64,000 nucleotides of DNA from an uncultured Microthrixaceae bacterium (GTDB lineage: Bacteria; Actinomycetota; Acidimicrobiia; Acidimicrobiales; Acidimicrobilacustridaceae), in contig CAWBIF010000004.1 of NCBI GenBank assembly GCA_963788835.1, forward strand, positions 476,581 to 540,580, given 5' to 3'. The notes below the pieces were generated by a model. The model was not told the DNA's origin. It made no database searches and worked only from the letters and a program-made list of their open reading frames with translations. Shown one piece after another: positions 54,865-64,000 of this stretch. The position numbers and the translations under genes were made by a program. The stretch's first letter is position 1; every line of letters begins with the position of its first letter.

Positions 54865-56725
54865 GTGGTCCGTAGATTCGTGTCGGTGGCGTTGGCTGGT
54901 TGTGTGTTCGCGGCGCTCGCTTCGGTGATGGTGGCGGTCGCGCCGGCGGCGGGGGCGGCGGGGGTGGTGACGACCTACCCGTTGCCGGTCGCCGGGACCG
55001 TGCAGGGCGTCGCGACCGGTCCGGACGGCAACGTGTGGTTCACCGAGGACAACACGGCCACGGTGGCGCAGATCGGTCGCGTGACCCCTGACGGCACGTT
55101 CACGATGTTCCCCCTGCCGGCGGGCGCGGATCCGTTCGGCATCACGGCGGGCCCGGACGGCGCGATGTGGTTCACCGACTTCGGGACGGCGTCGTTGGGC
55201 AAGGTCACGATGGCGGGGACGATCTCGGAGGTCCCGATGACGGGCACCGTGGACGGGACACCGACCGCGCTGAAGGCGTATTCGATCACGGCCGGCCCGG
55301 ACGGGAACCTGTGGGTCACGAGCGATGCGAACTTCGTAGCTCGGGTGGACCCCACCGGTGCCTACACGGCGTTCGACGTCGGCTCCGACAGCTGCGACGC
55401 CGGGTTCTGTGTGTCCACCGAGGTGGGGGCCCTCGTGACCGGGCCCGATGGGCGCATCTGGTTCTCGGATGACGTCGTAGATGAGGGACCTCACTCGGGC
55501 TCCGTTGCGTTGTGGGTGGGATCCGTGGACACGTCCGGCAACCTCGGTGTGTTCGTGTATGCCGGCAGCCCGGAAGCGGGATCCGGCATCACGGTGGGAC
55601 CGGACAGCAACATCTGGTTCCTCGGACAATGGGGCAACGAGGCGCTGTACACCCCGACGACGGGAGCATCGGAGTTCGGGGCCGTGTCCTATTCGCTGCC
55701 GTTCCCGGAGCCTTCGGGCTATCCGGTCGACATCGCGTCCGGTCCCGACAGCCGTCTGTGGATCACACAGGACCCGGGCAACGTGATCGACGCGATCACG
55801 ACGTCGGGCACCGCCTCGGTCTACGCCCTGCCGTCGGGCACCGACCCGACCTACATCACCCAGGGTTCCGACGGCAACATGTGGTTCTCCGGCGTCGGGG
55901 TGATCGGCAAGATCACGACCGACACCGGGGCGTCGCCCCCCGCGGCGCCCCAGTCGGTGACCGCGGTCGCGGGCGACAGCTCGGCGTCGGTGTCGTTCGC
56001 GCCACCAGCCAGCGACGGCGGCTCACCCATCAAGACCTACACGGTCACCTCGTCGCCCGGTGGCATCACCGCCTCCGGCTCAGGCTCGCCGATCCTCGTG
56101 CCCGGACTCACCAACGGCGTCTCCTACGACTTCACGGTCACCGCCACCAACGGTGTCGCCACCGGCCCACCCTCATTGCCGTCGAACCCCGTCACCCCGA
56201 CGGCGCTGCAGATGTCGCCCAAGCCCTTGCACCAGGGCTGGGTCGGCCAGTCCTACGGGCGCGCCCTCGCCGCCAGGGGCGGGCTCGTGCCCTACACCTT
56301 CAGCCTCGATTCGGGCGTCCTACCGCCAGGCCTCGTCCTGTCGGCCGACGGCAGGATCACCGGCACCCCTACCGCCACCGGCAACTACGCGTTCACCGCG
56401 CGTGTGACCGACTCGGCCAGCCCCGCCGGCAGCGTGACCTCGACCTACACCATCGACATCGGCGTCGGGCTCTACCCGCACACCCTGCCCACCGGCACCC
56501 ACGGTCAGGCCTACTCGCACGCGCTCGAGCGCGCAGGGCGGCACCGGCCCCTACGTCTTCACGCAGACCGGCGGGACGCTGCCACCCGGGCTGGGCCTCT
56601 CTTCGGACGGCACCGTCGCGGGCATGCCCTCGATCGCCGGCCAATGGACCTTCACCGTCGAAGTCACCGACTCCTCCGGCCCTGCTCTCACCTCCACCCG
56701 CAACATCACCATCGCGATCACCTGA
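54865..56725 (+). CDS. Secreted Vgb/streptogramin-lyase-like beta-propeller protein with FN3 and two Ig-like (He_PIG-type) domains; one frame break at ~56525
   Basis: GTG 54865 with AGGGGGG upstream. Signal peptide MVRRFVSVALAGCVFAALASVMVAVAPAAGAAG. Seven blades (GPDGNVWFTE, GPDGAMWFTD, GPDGNLWVTS, GPDGRIWFSD, GPDSNIWFLG, GPDSRLWITQ, GSDGNMWFSG). FN3 (PAAPQSVTAVAGDSSASVSFAPPASDGGSPIKTYTV...). Then ...YTFSLDSGVLPPGLVLSADGRITGTP... and ...YVFTQTGGTLPPGLGLSSDGTVAGMP...ITIAIT* (third frame, stop 56723-56725). 1861 nt (1 mod 3). Confidence 0.75.
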
Positions 56726-56755
56726 CGGCTGGGAAGCTTCCAGCTCGACTGCTCG

Positions 56756-57817
56756 TCACACCTCGGCGAGCACCACCCGGACGCCGAGGAGGCGGATCGG
56801 CCGGTCGAGGGGGAAACGACCGAGCACGACGAGGGCCCTGGTCGCCACCAGCTCGGCATCGGTGGACGGCGCGTCGAGCTTGCTGATCTTGGTGCGCGTG
56901 AAGAAGCTGGCCGTGCGCACCTTGACGGCGACGTGGGTGACCACACGACCCTCGGCCACGACCGACGCCGTGACCTCGCGGGCCAGGTCGGCCACGTGGC
57001 GCTCGATCTCGAGCCGGTCGACGAGGTCGCGGGTGAAGGTGATCTCGCGACTGCGGCCCTTGGCCACGCGGGGCTCGCCGCGGATGGGCGACACGTTGCC
57101 GCCCATGGCGAGCAGCTTGAGGTTGGGCCCGATCGTCGGGCCGAACTCGGCAGCCAGCGCTCGGTGGTCCGACGCGGCCAGCTGGGCGACGGTCGTCAGA
57201 CCGAGATCGCCGAGCCGTCGCTCGGTGCGGCTGCCGATGCCGTTGAGCGCGGTCACCGGTTCGGCACCCATCGTCGCGAGCCAGGTGTCGAACGTCAGGC
57301 GGGCGATGCCACCGGGCTTGGCGAAGCCGGTGGCGGTCTTGGCCTGCACGCGCGTCTGGCCGATGCCGACCGCACACGTCAGGCCGGTCTCGCCGAGGAC
57401 GCGCGCCTTGATGTCGGCGGCGAGCGCCTCGGGGTCGTCGGTGTTCACCCCGAGGTAGGCCTCGTCCCAGCCCAGCACCTCGACCGGGACGCCCAACGAG
57501 CGCAGGACCGCCATGACCTCCTCGGAGGCCTCGTCGTAGGCGGTCCGATCCGACGGCAGGAACACCGCATCGGGACAGCGCCGCCGCGCCTCGCCGAGCG
57601 GCATGCCCGAGTGCACGCCGAACGCCCGGGCCTCGTACGAGGCGGTGGCCACGACCTGGCGGGGCCGACCGGGGTTGCCGTCGCCGCCGACGACCACCGG
57701 CCGACCGGCCAGCTCGGGGCGCCGCCGCACCTCGACCGCCGACAGGAAGTGGTCGAGGTCGAGGTGGAGCACCCATTCGTCGGGACGGACCTCGGCCGCG
57801 GGCCCCCTCGGCACCAT
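56756..57817 (-). CDS. dinB: DNA polymerase IV (Y-family) DinB
   Basis: ATG at 57817. ...WVLHLDLDHFLSAVEVRRRPELAGRPVVVGG...VVATASYEARAFGVHSGMP...EVLGWDEAYLGV...CAVGIGQTRVQAKTATGFAKPGG.... It is the 3' third of the artefactual 1016-aa ORF 56756..59806. Confidence 0.9.
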   Translation of the reverse strand: MVPRGPAAEVRPDEWVLHLDLDHFLSAVEVRRRPELAGRPVVVGGDGNPGRPRQVVATASYEARAFGVHSGMPLGEARRRCPDAVFLPSDRTAYDEASEEVMAVLRSLGVPVEVLGWDEAYLGVNTDDPEALAADIKARVLGETGLTCAVGIGQTRVQAKTATGFAKPGGIARLTFDTWLATMGAEPVTALNGIGSRTERRLGDLGLTTVAQLAASDHRALAAEFGPTIGPNLKLLAMGGNVSPIRGEPRVAKGRSREITFTRDLVDRLEIERHVADLAREVTASVVAEGRVVTHVAVKVRTASFFTRTKISKLDAPSTDAELVATRALVVLGRFPLDRPIRLLGVRVVLAEV

Positions 57818-57925
57818 GGCGGCGACGATACCGAGCACGTCGAACGACCTGCCCACCTGGGTTGCACTAAGTTTCGGAGTTAGTCTCGATAAGTCGCTCG
57901 ACGTCATGTCCGGGGGGATCGGCGC

Positions 57926-59257
57926 ATGTGGATGCGGAACAACCGACGTAGGTACGTCCTGCTGGCAACGATGTGCATGTTGCTCGGGGCGTGCACCGCC
58001 AAGTCGGCGGGCAGCGGTGCCAGTCCCACGACCGGCAGTGGCGGCGCGGGGGGAGGCGCCGGCAACACCGTCGGCATCACCGCGACCACGATCAAGGTCT
58101 CGATGATCTCGGCCGACCTGTCGCAGCTGAGCTCGCAGCACCTGGCCCCCGAGATCGGCAACGCCGCCAAGACGATGCAGGCGGTCGTGGCCGACATCAA
58201 CAGCCATGGCGGGGTGGCCGGGCGACAGATCGAGCTCATCTCGCACGTGCTCCACGGGACCGACGCCATCCTCAACCCCGATCTCGGTCGGCAGGCCTGC
58301 GTGCAGGCCACTGAGGACGACAAGCCGTTCGCCGTGATCATCACCGCGTCGATCCCCGCTGCGCTGGTGCAGTGCGTGGCGGCCGATCACGACGTGATCA
58401 CCATCACGATGGACAGCTGGCCGACCAGCCTCTACGCCGCGGCCAAGGGCCGTTTGTTCTCGCTGGCCTCGCACATCTCGATCGGAGAGAACAGCGAGTA
58501 CCAGGCCTGGCCAGGCGTGCTCAACGACGCTGGATTGCTCAAGGGCAAGAAGATCGGCATCATCCGCCAGGACCTCGCCGACCAGCAGGAAGTCACCGAC
58601 CACGCGCTCGTCCCCGGCATCAAAGCCCTCGGGTACAAGGTCTCGGCCGAGGCGGTGCTTCCTTGCCCCGCGGGCTCCGTGACCTGTACGCAGCAGACCG
58701 TGGCCATACAGCGCATGCAGGACGCGGGCGTCAACGTCGTCTTCCTCGTCGCTCAGACGCTGGCCGGCTCGTCCACCGTCGAAGCGGCGCAGACCCTCGG
58801 CTACAAACCGCAATGGATGTCCATCGGGAACAACGTCACCAACACCGTCGCCAAGTTCTACGCGAACGCCAAGCAGAACTACAACGGCGCCTATGGGCTC
58901 GACACCAACTTCACCGACACGACTGACGCCGCCGCCAGCTGCAACCAGATCGCGGCGGCCGGCGGCGCCGAGAAGTTCCCGCCAAACACAGATGGCTACG
59001 GCTTCACCGGGGTGACCTGCATGCAGATGCAGGCGTTGGCGCAAGCCATCAAGGCCGTGAAGGGCACCCTCGATCAGGCTTCGGCAATAGCCGCGCTGCA
59101 GCAGCTCGATCCGGTGCTCATGATTTCCGGGCCCCCCGGCTCGATCAGCGAGCAGAAGCACTACGCCGGGACCTCGGTGTTCATCTCGAGGTATTCGGCC
59201 GCGACGCAGACCTTCCAGCCGATCGACCACCAGAAGCCGATCACCATCGCCCCCTGA
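57926..59257 (+). CDS. ABC transporter substrate-binding lipoprotein (LivK/Peripla_BP_6-like)
   Basis: Intact 443 aa. Lipobox in MWMRNNRRRYVLLATMCMLLGAC. Gly/Ser linker, then a periplasmic-binding-protein-like fold. First gene of the importer cluster. Confidence 0.8.
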   Translation: MWMRNNRRRYVLLATMCMLLGACTAKSAGSGASPTTGSGGAGGGAGNTVGITATTIKVSMISADLSQLSSQHLAPEIGNAAKTMQAVVADINSHGGVAGRQIELISHVLHGTDAILNPDLGRQACVQATEDDKPFAVIITASIPAALVQCVAADHDVITITMDSWPTSLYAAAKGRLFSLASHISIGENSEYQAWPGVLNDAGLLKGKKIGIIRQDLADQQEVTDHALVPGIKALGYKVSAEAVLPCPAGSVTCTQQTVAIQRMQDAGVNVVFLVAQTLAGSSTVEAAQTLGYKPQWMSIGNNVTNTVAKFYANAKQNYNGAYGLDTNFTDTTDAAASCNQIAAAGGAEKFPPNTDGYGFTGVTCMQMQALAQAIKAVKGTLDQASAIAALQQLDPVLMISGPPGSISEQKHYAGTSVFISRYSAATQTFQPIDHQKPITIAP

Positions 59258-59273
59258 GGCTCGGAGAAGATCA

Positions 59274-61472
59274 GTGAGCGATCCGGACGAGAGACCCGAT
59301 CCGGCGACCGAGGTCGCGTCGCTCGCGGCCGCCGTCTTCGAACAGGACACCCGGCGGGCCGAGGCCACGATCGCCCCTGAAGTCCTTCTGGCTGACGCCG
59401 AGCTGCCCGGCGTCGGCGACGACGCCATGTCGCTGAGTGACGCCGTGCAGATCGGCGGCCTGCGCACCATCACGATCATCGGGCTGCTCGGGGCCGCCCT
59501 GGTCATGGACGGCGGCGTGTTCAACGTGCTGGCTCCCGACATCCAGACGACGCTCCACGTCTCCGACGTCGTGTTGGGCGCGATCGGGGGCGCCACCGGC
59601 GTGCTGTTCGTGCTCGGCGCCATCCCCATGTCGTCGCTGTCGGACCGCATGTCTCGCAAGCAGCTGATCGCCATCACGATGACGATCTGGTCGGTCATCA
59701 TCATGCTCACCGGGGCCGTGCAGAGCGTTCTGCAGATGTTCATCGTCCGCCTGGGTGCAGGCCTCGGCCAGTCGGCGTCGCTTCCGGTGAGCGCTCCCTT
59801 GCTCATCGATGCCTACCCGATTCCGGCCCGCGGCCGGGTGTTCGCGGTGTTCGGCGGCTCGCAGGCGATCGGTACGATGATCGCCCCGTTCCTGGCCGGA
59901 TCGGTGGCGGCTCTGGCCGGAGGGGGCAGCGGCTGGCGACTCCCGTTCGTGCTGTTGGGGCTTCTCGCACTTCCTGTCGCACTGTCGGCCACCACCATCA
60001 AGGAACCCCGGCGCGGCCGCTACGAGATGCAGTCGGTGCTCGGCGAGGAACTCCCCGAGGTGGTGGATGAGCTGCCCATCTCGCTGTCGGTCGCCTTCGA
60101 GCGCCTTCGGCAGATCAAGAGCTTCTACTACTTCCTGGTCGGCATGGCCGCCCTGGGCTTCGCCCTGTTCAGCGCGCCGCTCTTCCTCAGCCTCTACTTC
60201 GATCATGACCTCGGGCTGGATGCCTTCCAACGGGGCGTCGTGGGCACGCTCATCGCCATCCCCACGCTCATCGCCATCGCCATCGCGGGTCGTCGATCCG
60301 ACGCCCTGTTCCGCAGGAGCCCGCCAGCCGCCATGGCCTTCGTCGGACTGCTCGTCGCCCTCTTCGGCGTCCTGCTGGTCGTCGCCATCTCGATGCCCAA
60401 CATCTGGACCACCGTCCCGGTACTGGCGCTCGCAACGGCCTGCGCCCAGGCGGCGTTCGTCATCCTGCCCGCGGTGGTCTCGACCATCATCCCGTACCGC
60501 CTGCGGGCCCGCGGCACGGCGATGGTCGGCATCTACGTGTTCCTCTTCGGCTCCTTCTTCGGGGCCATCCTGACCGGGCTGCTCAGCGACGCCTACGGCC
60601 CGCGCGCGGCGATCGCCATCGTGGCGCTGCCCGCGGCGCTCATCGGTGGCGGGCTCATCGCGCTCGGCGCCCGCCACATCCGCGACGACATGGCCATGGT
60701 GGTCGAGGACCTCCGCGAGGAGAGCGACGAGCTCGAGCGCATGCAGCAACCCGAGGCCGTGGTCCCCGTGCTACAGGTACGAAACCTCGACTTCTCCTAC
60801 GGCAAGGTCCAAATCCTGTTCGGCGTCGGGTTCGACGTGCACGAGGGCGAGACGCTCGCTCTGTTGGGCACCAACGGCGCCGGCAAGTCGACGTTGCTCC
60901 GCGTCATCAGCGGACTCGGCGTACCCGAGCGAGGAGTGGTGCGCCTGCGCGGCCGGACGATCACCTACGCCGACCCCGAGCTGCGCGTCCGAGTCGGACT
61001 GGTCCAGCTCATCGGCGGAGGCGCCACCTTCGGCCCGCTCACCGTGCACGAGAACCTGCAGATGGCCGCGTTCCTCTATGACCGGAAGGAGCAGATCCGA
61101 CGGATCGCCAAGGCGGTCGCGCTGTTCCCGATGCTCGAGGAGCGATTCGACACCGCGGCCGACGACCTGTCCGGCGGCCAGCAGCAGATGTTGGCGCTGG
61201 CCATGACGATGGTGCACGAGCCCGAGCTCCTGATCATCGACGAGCTGTCCCTCGGCCTGGCTCCCGTCGTCGTGCAACAGGTCCTCGAGGCGGTGCAGCA
61301 CCTCCGCGACGCCGGCGTCACGATGATCATCGTCGAGCAGTCGCTGAACGTCGCGCTCGCCATCGCCGATCGAGCCCTCTTCATGGAGAAGGGTGAGATC
61401 CGCTTCGAAGGATCGACCGCCGAACTGGCAGCCCGGGACGATCTCGCCCGTGCCGTCTTCCTGGGACGCTGA
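59274..61472 (+). CDS. Fusion protein: MFS-type 12-TM domain (N-terminal, ~480 aa) plus LivF-like ABC ATPase (C-terminal, ~240 aa)
   Basis: Uninterrupted 732-aa ORF, GGAGAAGA upstream of GTG 59274. N-terminal part is MFS-like (…SLSDRMSRKQLIAITMTIW…, 12 hydrophobic spans). C-terminal part has Walker A GTNGAGKST, signature LSGGQQQMLALA, Walker B LLIIDELSLGLAP and IVEQS. Confidence 0.8.
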   Translation: MSDPDERPDPATEVASLAAAVFEQDTRRAEATIAPEVLLADAELPGVGDDAMSLSDAVQIGGLRTITIIGLLGAALVMDGGVFNVLAPDIQTTLHVSDVVLGAIGGATGVLFVLGAIPMSSLSDRMSRKQLIAITMTIWSVIIMLTGAVQSVLQMFIVRLGAGLGQSASLPVSAPLLIDAYPIPARGRVFAVFGGSQAIGTMIAPFLAGSVAALAGGGSGWRLPFVLLGLLALPVALSATTIKEPRRGRYEMQSVLGEELPEVVDELPISLSVAFERLRQIKSFYYFLVGMAALGFALFSAPLFLSLYFDHDLGLDAFQRGVVGTLIAIPTLIAIAIAGRRSDALFRRSPPAAMAFVGLLVALFGVLLVVAISMPNIWTTVPVLALATACAQAAFVILPAVVSTIIPYRLRARGTAMVGIYVFLFGSFFGAILTGLLSDAYGPRAAIAIVALPAALIGGGLIALGARHIRDDMAMVVEDLREESDELERMQQPEAVVPVLQVRNLDFSYGKVQILFGVGFDVHEGETLALLGTNGAGKSTLLRVISGLGVPERGVVRLRGRTITYADPELRVRVGLVQLIGGGATFGPLTVHENLQMAAFLYDRKEQIRRIAKAVALFPMLEERFDTAADDLSGGQQQMLALAMTMVHEPELLIIDELSLGLAPVVVQQVLEAVQHLRDAGVTMIIVEQSLNVALAIADRALFMEKGEIRFEGSTAELAARDDLARAVFLGR

Positions 61473-61473
61473 C

Positions 61474-64000
61474 GTGCTCGGAGCGCTGCTCGCCATCGGC
61501 TTCCCCAAACAGGTCATCTTGTCGGGCGCCATCACGGGACTCACCTATGGGGTGATGGCGGTCGGTGTCGTCCTCGTGTTCCGATCGACGAGGGTGATCA
61601 ACTTCGCCATCGGCGAGATGGGCGGCTTCGCGGCCGCGCTCCTGTACCGGCTCGTGATCGATTGGAACGCCCCGTTCTGGCTGTCGTTGGCCATCGGCAT
61701 CGTGGTCGGTGCCTTGATCGGTGCCGCCCTCGAGCTGGTGATCGTGCGTCGACTGTTCTCCGCACCACGGGTGATCCTTCTCGTCGCGCTCATCGGTGCC
61801 GCGCAGCTGCTGCTCTTCTTCGAGGTGATCCTTCCGAACATCACCGAGGTTCGGCCGTACCCGACGGCGTTCACGGGGTCATGGCGGGTCGGGGGCCTCC
61901 TGATCCAAGGGCCCGAGCTGACGGTCATCGTGGTGATCCCGATCCTGGTCATCGCGTTGACGCTCTTCCTCAACCGCACGAAGTACGGACTGGCGATCCG
62001 AGCGTCGGCCGCCAACGCTGACGCAGCCCGCCTGTCGGGGATCAACATCAAGCGCATGTCGACGATCGTGTGGGTGATCGCCGGCGGGCTGGCCGCCACC
62101 GCGGCGATGCTGTTCGGACCGCTCAACCCCGACGCCGGCTCAGCCCTGGGGGTCGGACCGGGGCTGCTGCTGCGAGTGCTGGCCGCCGCGCTCATCGGCG
62201 GCATGGTGTCGATGCCCCTCGCCTTCGCCGGCGGCATCGCCATCGGGGTGGCCGAGGCCCTCATCGACTACAACTTCAACGCCCAGCGCGGGCTGCTGGA
62301 CCTGGTGCTCTTCGTCCTCGTCCTCGTCACGCTGTTGGTCAGCGGTCGACGGCGTGTGCTGGCCGAGGCGGGGTCGGGCCGATGGTCGTTCGCGCCGCGC
62401 ATCCGGCCCGTCCCGGCGGCGCTTCAGTCCAAGTGGTGGGTCCGGTCGCTACCGGCGTTCGGCATCGGCTTCGTGGCCCTCGTGGCCCTGTTCCCCCTCG
62501 TCTTCCTCCACCTGCCGTCCGAGCAATCGTCGTGGAGCAGAGTGCTTCTCTACGCGATGGTGGCCCTGTCGCTGACCGTGCTCACCGGATGGGCCGGCCA
62601 GCTCTCCTTGGGACAGTTCGCGTTCGTCGGGGTCGGCGGCCTCACCACCGCGGCCCTCGTGCACGCCGGGATCGGATTCTTCCCCGCGTTGTTCCTCGCC
62701 GCCTGCGTCACCGCCATCGCCGCCATCGTCGTCGGCGCTCCCGCCCTGCGGCGGCCCGGCCTCTACCTCGCCGTCACCACGTTCGCGTTCGCCGTGATGA
62801 CCGCGTCATGGTTCTTGTGGCTCGACGTCTTCCTCCACGGCAACGTCCAGGCCCAACTACCGCGCCAGATCGTGCCCGTCCCCGAGGCGTTGTTCAGCCA
62901 CGGCTGGTCCCTCGCCCCCGAGGGCAGCTACTACACCATCTGCCTGATCGCGCTCGGTGCCGTGCTCATCGGCGTCGCGCTCCTGCAGCGCAGTCGGCTC
63001 GGGCGGTCGATGATCGCGGTGCGCGACAACGAGCGGGCTGCCGCGTCACTGGGGATCTCACCCACCTCGGTGAAGCTGACGGCGTTCGGGATCGGAGGTT
63101 GGATCGCCGGTCTGGCCGGAGGGCTCCTGGTGGGACTGCTCACGGCGGCCGCACCGGGGGACTTCCCGGCCACCGAGTCGCTGCGGGTCATATCGATCGT
63201 GGTCATCGGCGGGCTCTCGTCGGTGGGCGGCGCGGTGCTGGGCGCCTTCTTCGTCGTCGGGCTCCCCGAGCTCTTCAACAACAGCGTCCAGATCGGGCTG
63301 CTGACCAGCGGGGCCGGCATGCTCGTCCTCCTCCTGTACTTCCCGGGCGGACTCGTGCAGGTGCTCTACAACCTCCGCGACGCCGCCTTCGCCTTCCTCG
63401 CCAGGCGGATGCCCGACGTCCCCGCTCCGGTGATCGAGAGCCAGGCGCTTCCGGCGCGGCTCAGCCTCACCCGTCGTGAGGTCCCCGCCGAGCTGGATGC
63501 CGTTCTCCGGCTGACCGACCTGTCGGTCAGCTTCGGGTCACGGCTGGTCGTCGCCGACGTGAACCTGCTCGTTCGCCCGGGCGAGGTGGTCGGGCTGATC
63601 GGTGCCAACGGCGCCGGCAAGTCCACGCTCATGAACGCCGCCGGCGGGTACGTCCGGAGCCACGGCCGCGTCGAGATCCTCGGCCACGACGTCCGGCACC
63701 TCTCGCCGACGAAGCGGTCCCGCCTCGGACTCGGCCGGTCCTTCCAGGGCGCCGAGCTCTTCCAGGACCTCACGGTGCGCGAGACGGTCGGGCTGGCCGT
63801 ACCCGGCGTCCGCCCGTGGCGTCGAGGCACCCGATCAGAGGCCGACGAGGTCCTGACGTTCCTCGGGCTGGGTTCGTTCGCCGACCGGTTCATCAACGAG
63901 CTCTCGACGGGGACCCGACGAGTGGTCGAGCTGGCCTGCCTCATGACGTCCGGGGCGAGCGTCCTCTGCCTCGATGAGCCCACCGCCGGCATCGCCCAGC
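61474..64000 (+). CDS. Fusion protein LivH-like permease plus LivM-like permease plus LivG-like ATPase (3' end beyond window)
   Basis: My own translation from GTG 61474 (2 nt after the preceding stop) stays open to position 64000. VLGALLAIGFPKQVILSGAITGLTYGVMAVGVVLVFRSTRVINFAIGEMG... (LivH), ...LTGWAGQLSLGQFAFVGVGG...IAVRDNERAAASLGISPTSVKLTAFGIGGWIAGLAGGL... (LivM), ...LRLTDLSVSFGSRLVVADVNLLVRPGEVVGLIGANGAGKSTL...LDEPTAGIAQ (LivG). Not in the ORF track because it has no stop in the window. Confidence 0.8.
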   Translation, partial: MLGALLAIGFPKQVILSGAITGLTYGVMAVGVVLVFRSTRVINFAIGEMGGFAAALLYRLVIDWNAPFWLSLAIGIVVGALIGAALELVIVRRLFSAPRVILLVALIGAAQLLLFFEVILPNITEVRPYPTAFTGSWRVGGLLIQGPELTVIVVIPILVIALTLFLNRTKYGLAIRASAANADAARLSGINIKRMSTIVWVIAGGLAATAAMLFGPLNPDAGSALGVGPGLLLRVLAAALIGGMVSMPLAFAGGIAIGVAEALIDYNFNAQRGLLDLVLFVLVLVTLLVSGRRRVLAEAGSGRWSFAPRIRPVPAALQSKWWVRSLPAFGIGFVALVALFPLVFLHLPSEQSSWSRVLLYAMVALSLTVLTGWAGQLSLGQFAFVGVGGLTTAALVHAGIGFFPALFLAACVTAIAAIVVGAPALRRPGLYLAVTTFAFAVMTASWFLWLDVFLHGNVQAQLPRQIVPVPEALFSHGWSLAPEGSYYTICLIALGAVLIGVALLQRSRLGRSMIAVRDNERAAASLGISPTSVKLTAFGIGGWIAGLAGGLLVGLLTAAAPGDFPATESLRVISIVVIGGLSSVGGAVLGAFFVVGLPELFNNSVQIGLLTSGAGMLVLLLYFPGGLVQVLYNLRDAAFAFLARRMPDVPAPVIESQALPARLSLTRREVPAELDAVLRLTDLSVSFGSRLVVADVNLLVRPGEVVGLIGANGAGKSTLMNAAGGYVRSHGRVEILGHDVRHLSPTKRSRLGLGRSFQGAELFQDLTVRETVGLAVPGVRPWRRGTRSEADEVLTFLGLGSFADRFINELSTGTRRVVELACLMTSGASVLCLDEPTAGIAQ

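Noticed and set aside
57838-57856. Possible LexA/SOS box upstream of dinB (TCGAAC half-site)
   Set aside because: Only the left half (TCGAAC) is present. The expected GTTCGA partner 4 nt downstream is absent (TGCCCA).
56756-59806. 1016-aa minus-strand ORF
   Set aside because: Only the last 354 codons (dinB, from ATG 57817) are real. The upstream two-thirds is antisense to the substrate-binding-protein and MFS-LivF genes and crosses an A/T-richer promoter region at 57840-57900.
62070-63479. 469-aa plus-strand Arg/Gly/Pro-rich ORF
   Set aside because: It is out of frame with the LivH-LivM-LivG reading frame, which gives canonical permease and ATPase sequence across the same nucleotides.

Overview
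High-GC actinobacterial-type chromosome segment (hspR-controlled dnaK operon, ergothioneine egtABCD cluster, mycothiol/DinB-type enzymes, SARP regulator, LLM oxidoreductase). I support about 55 protein genes, one tRNA and several repeat or regulatory elements.

Layout:
- 0-6.5 kb: purine genes purC, purB, purE, purD, purA.
- 6.7-11.1 kb: one giant LPXTG surface protein built from 11 tandem 318-bp repeats.
- 11.3-17.4 kb: envelope-modification genes (two GT39/ArnT-like glycosyltransferases, two acyltransferase-3 genes).
- 17.4-19.9 kb: clpB.
- 20.3-24.7 kb: egtABCD.
- 24.7-29.4 kb: small redox and detox genes.
- 29.5-34.6 kb: hspR, a sulfotransferase, dnaJ, grpE, dnaK.
- 34.8-44.9 kb: gpmA, regulators, an Rv0338c-like Fe-S reductase, dcd, DUF2961, an acyl-CoA ligase and a citryl-CoA-lyase-like gene.
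- 45.04 kb: tRNA-Gly(CCC), followed by a ~7.7-kb island bounded by an exact 18-nt direct repeat. Cargo is a GNAT, an AfsR/SARP regulator, a tautomerase, an LLM oxidoreductase and an ABC-2 exporter.
- 52.9-64 kb: a polytopic membrane protein, a secreted Vgb-like propeller protein, dinB, and a branched-chain-amino-acid-type ABC importer with unusual fusions (MFS-LivF and LivH-LivM-LivG).

Main caveat: between about 11.3 and 44.6 kb almost every gene, including essential ones (clpB, dnaK, dnaJ, grpE, gpmA, dcd), is split over two or three frames by apparent 1-nt indels. The flanks are nearly clean. I read this as uncorrected assembly error, not decay. Coordinates given for such genes are the reconstructed span, and the frame breaks are noted.

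The supplied ORF track uses ATG/GTG/TTG starts and omits ORFs without a stop in the window. That hides two real genes at the window edges. Many long listed ORFs are antisense or read-through artefacts of the high GC content.

No rRNA, CRISPR array, transposase or integrase was recognised.
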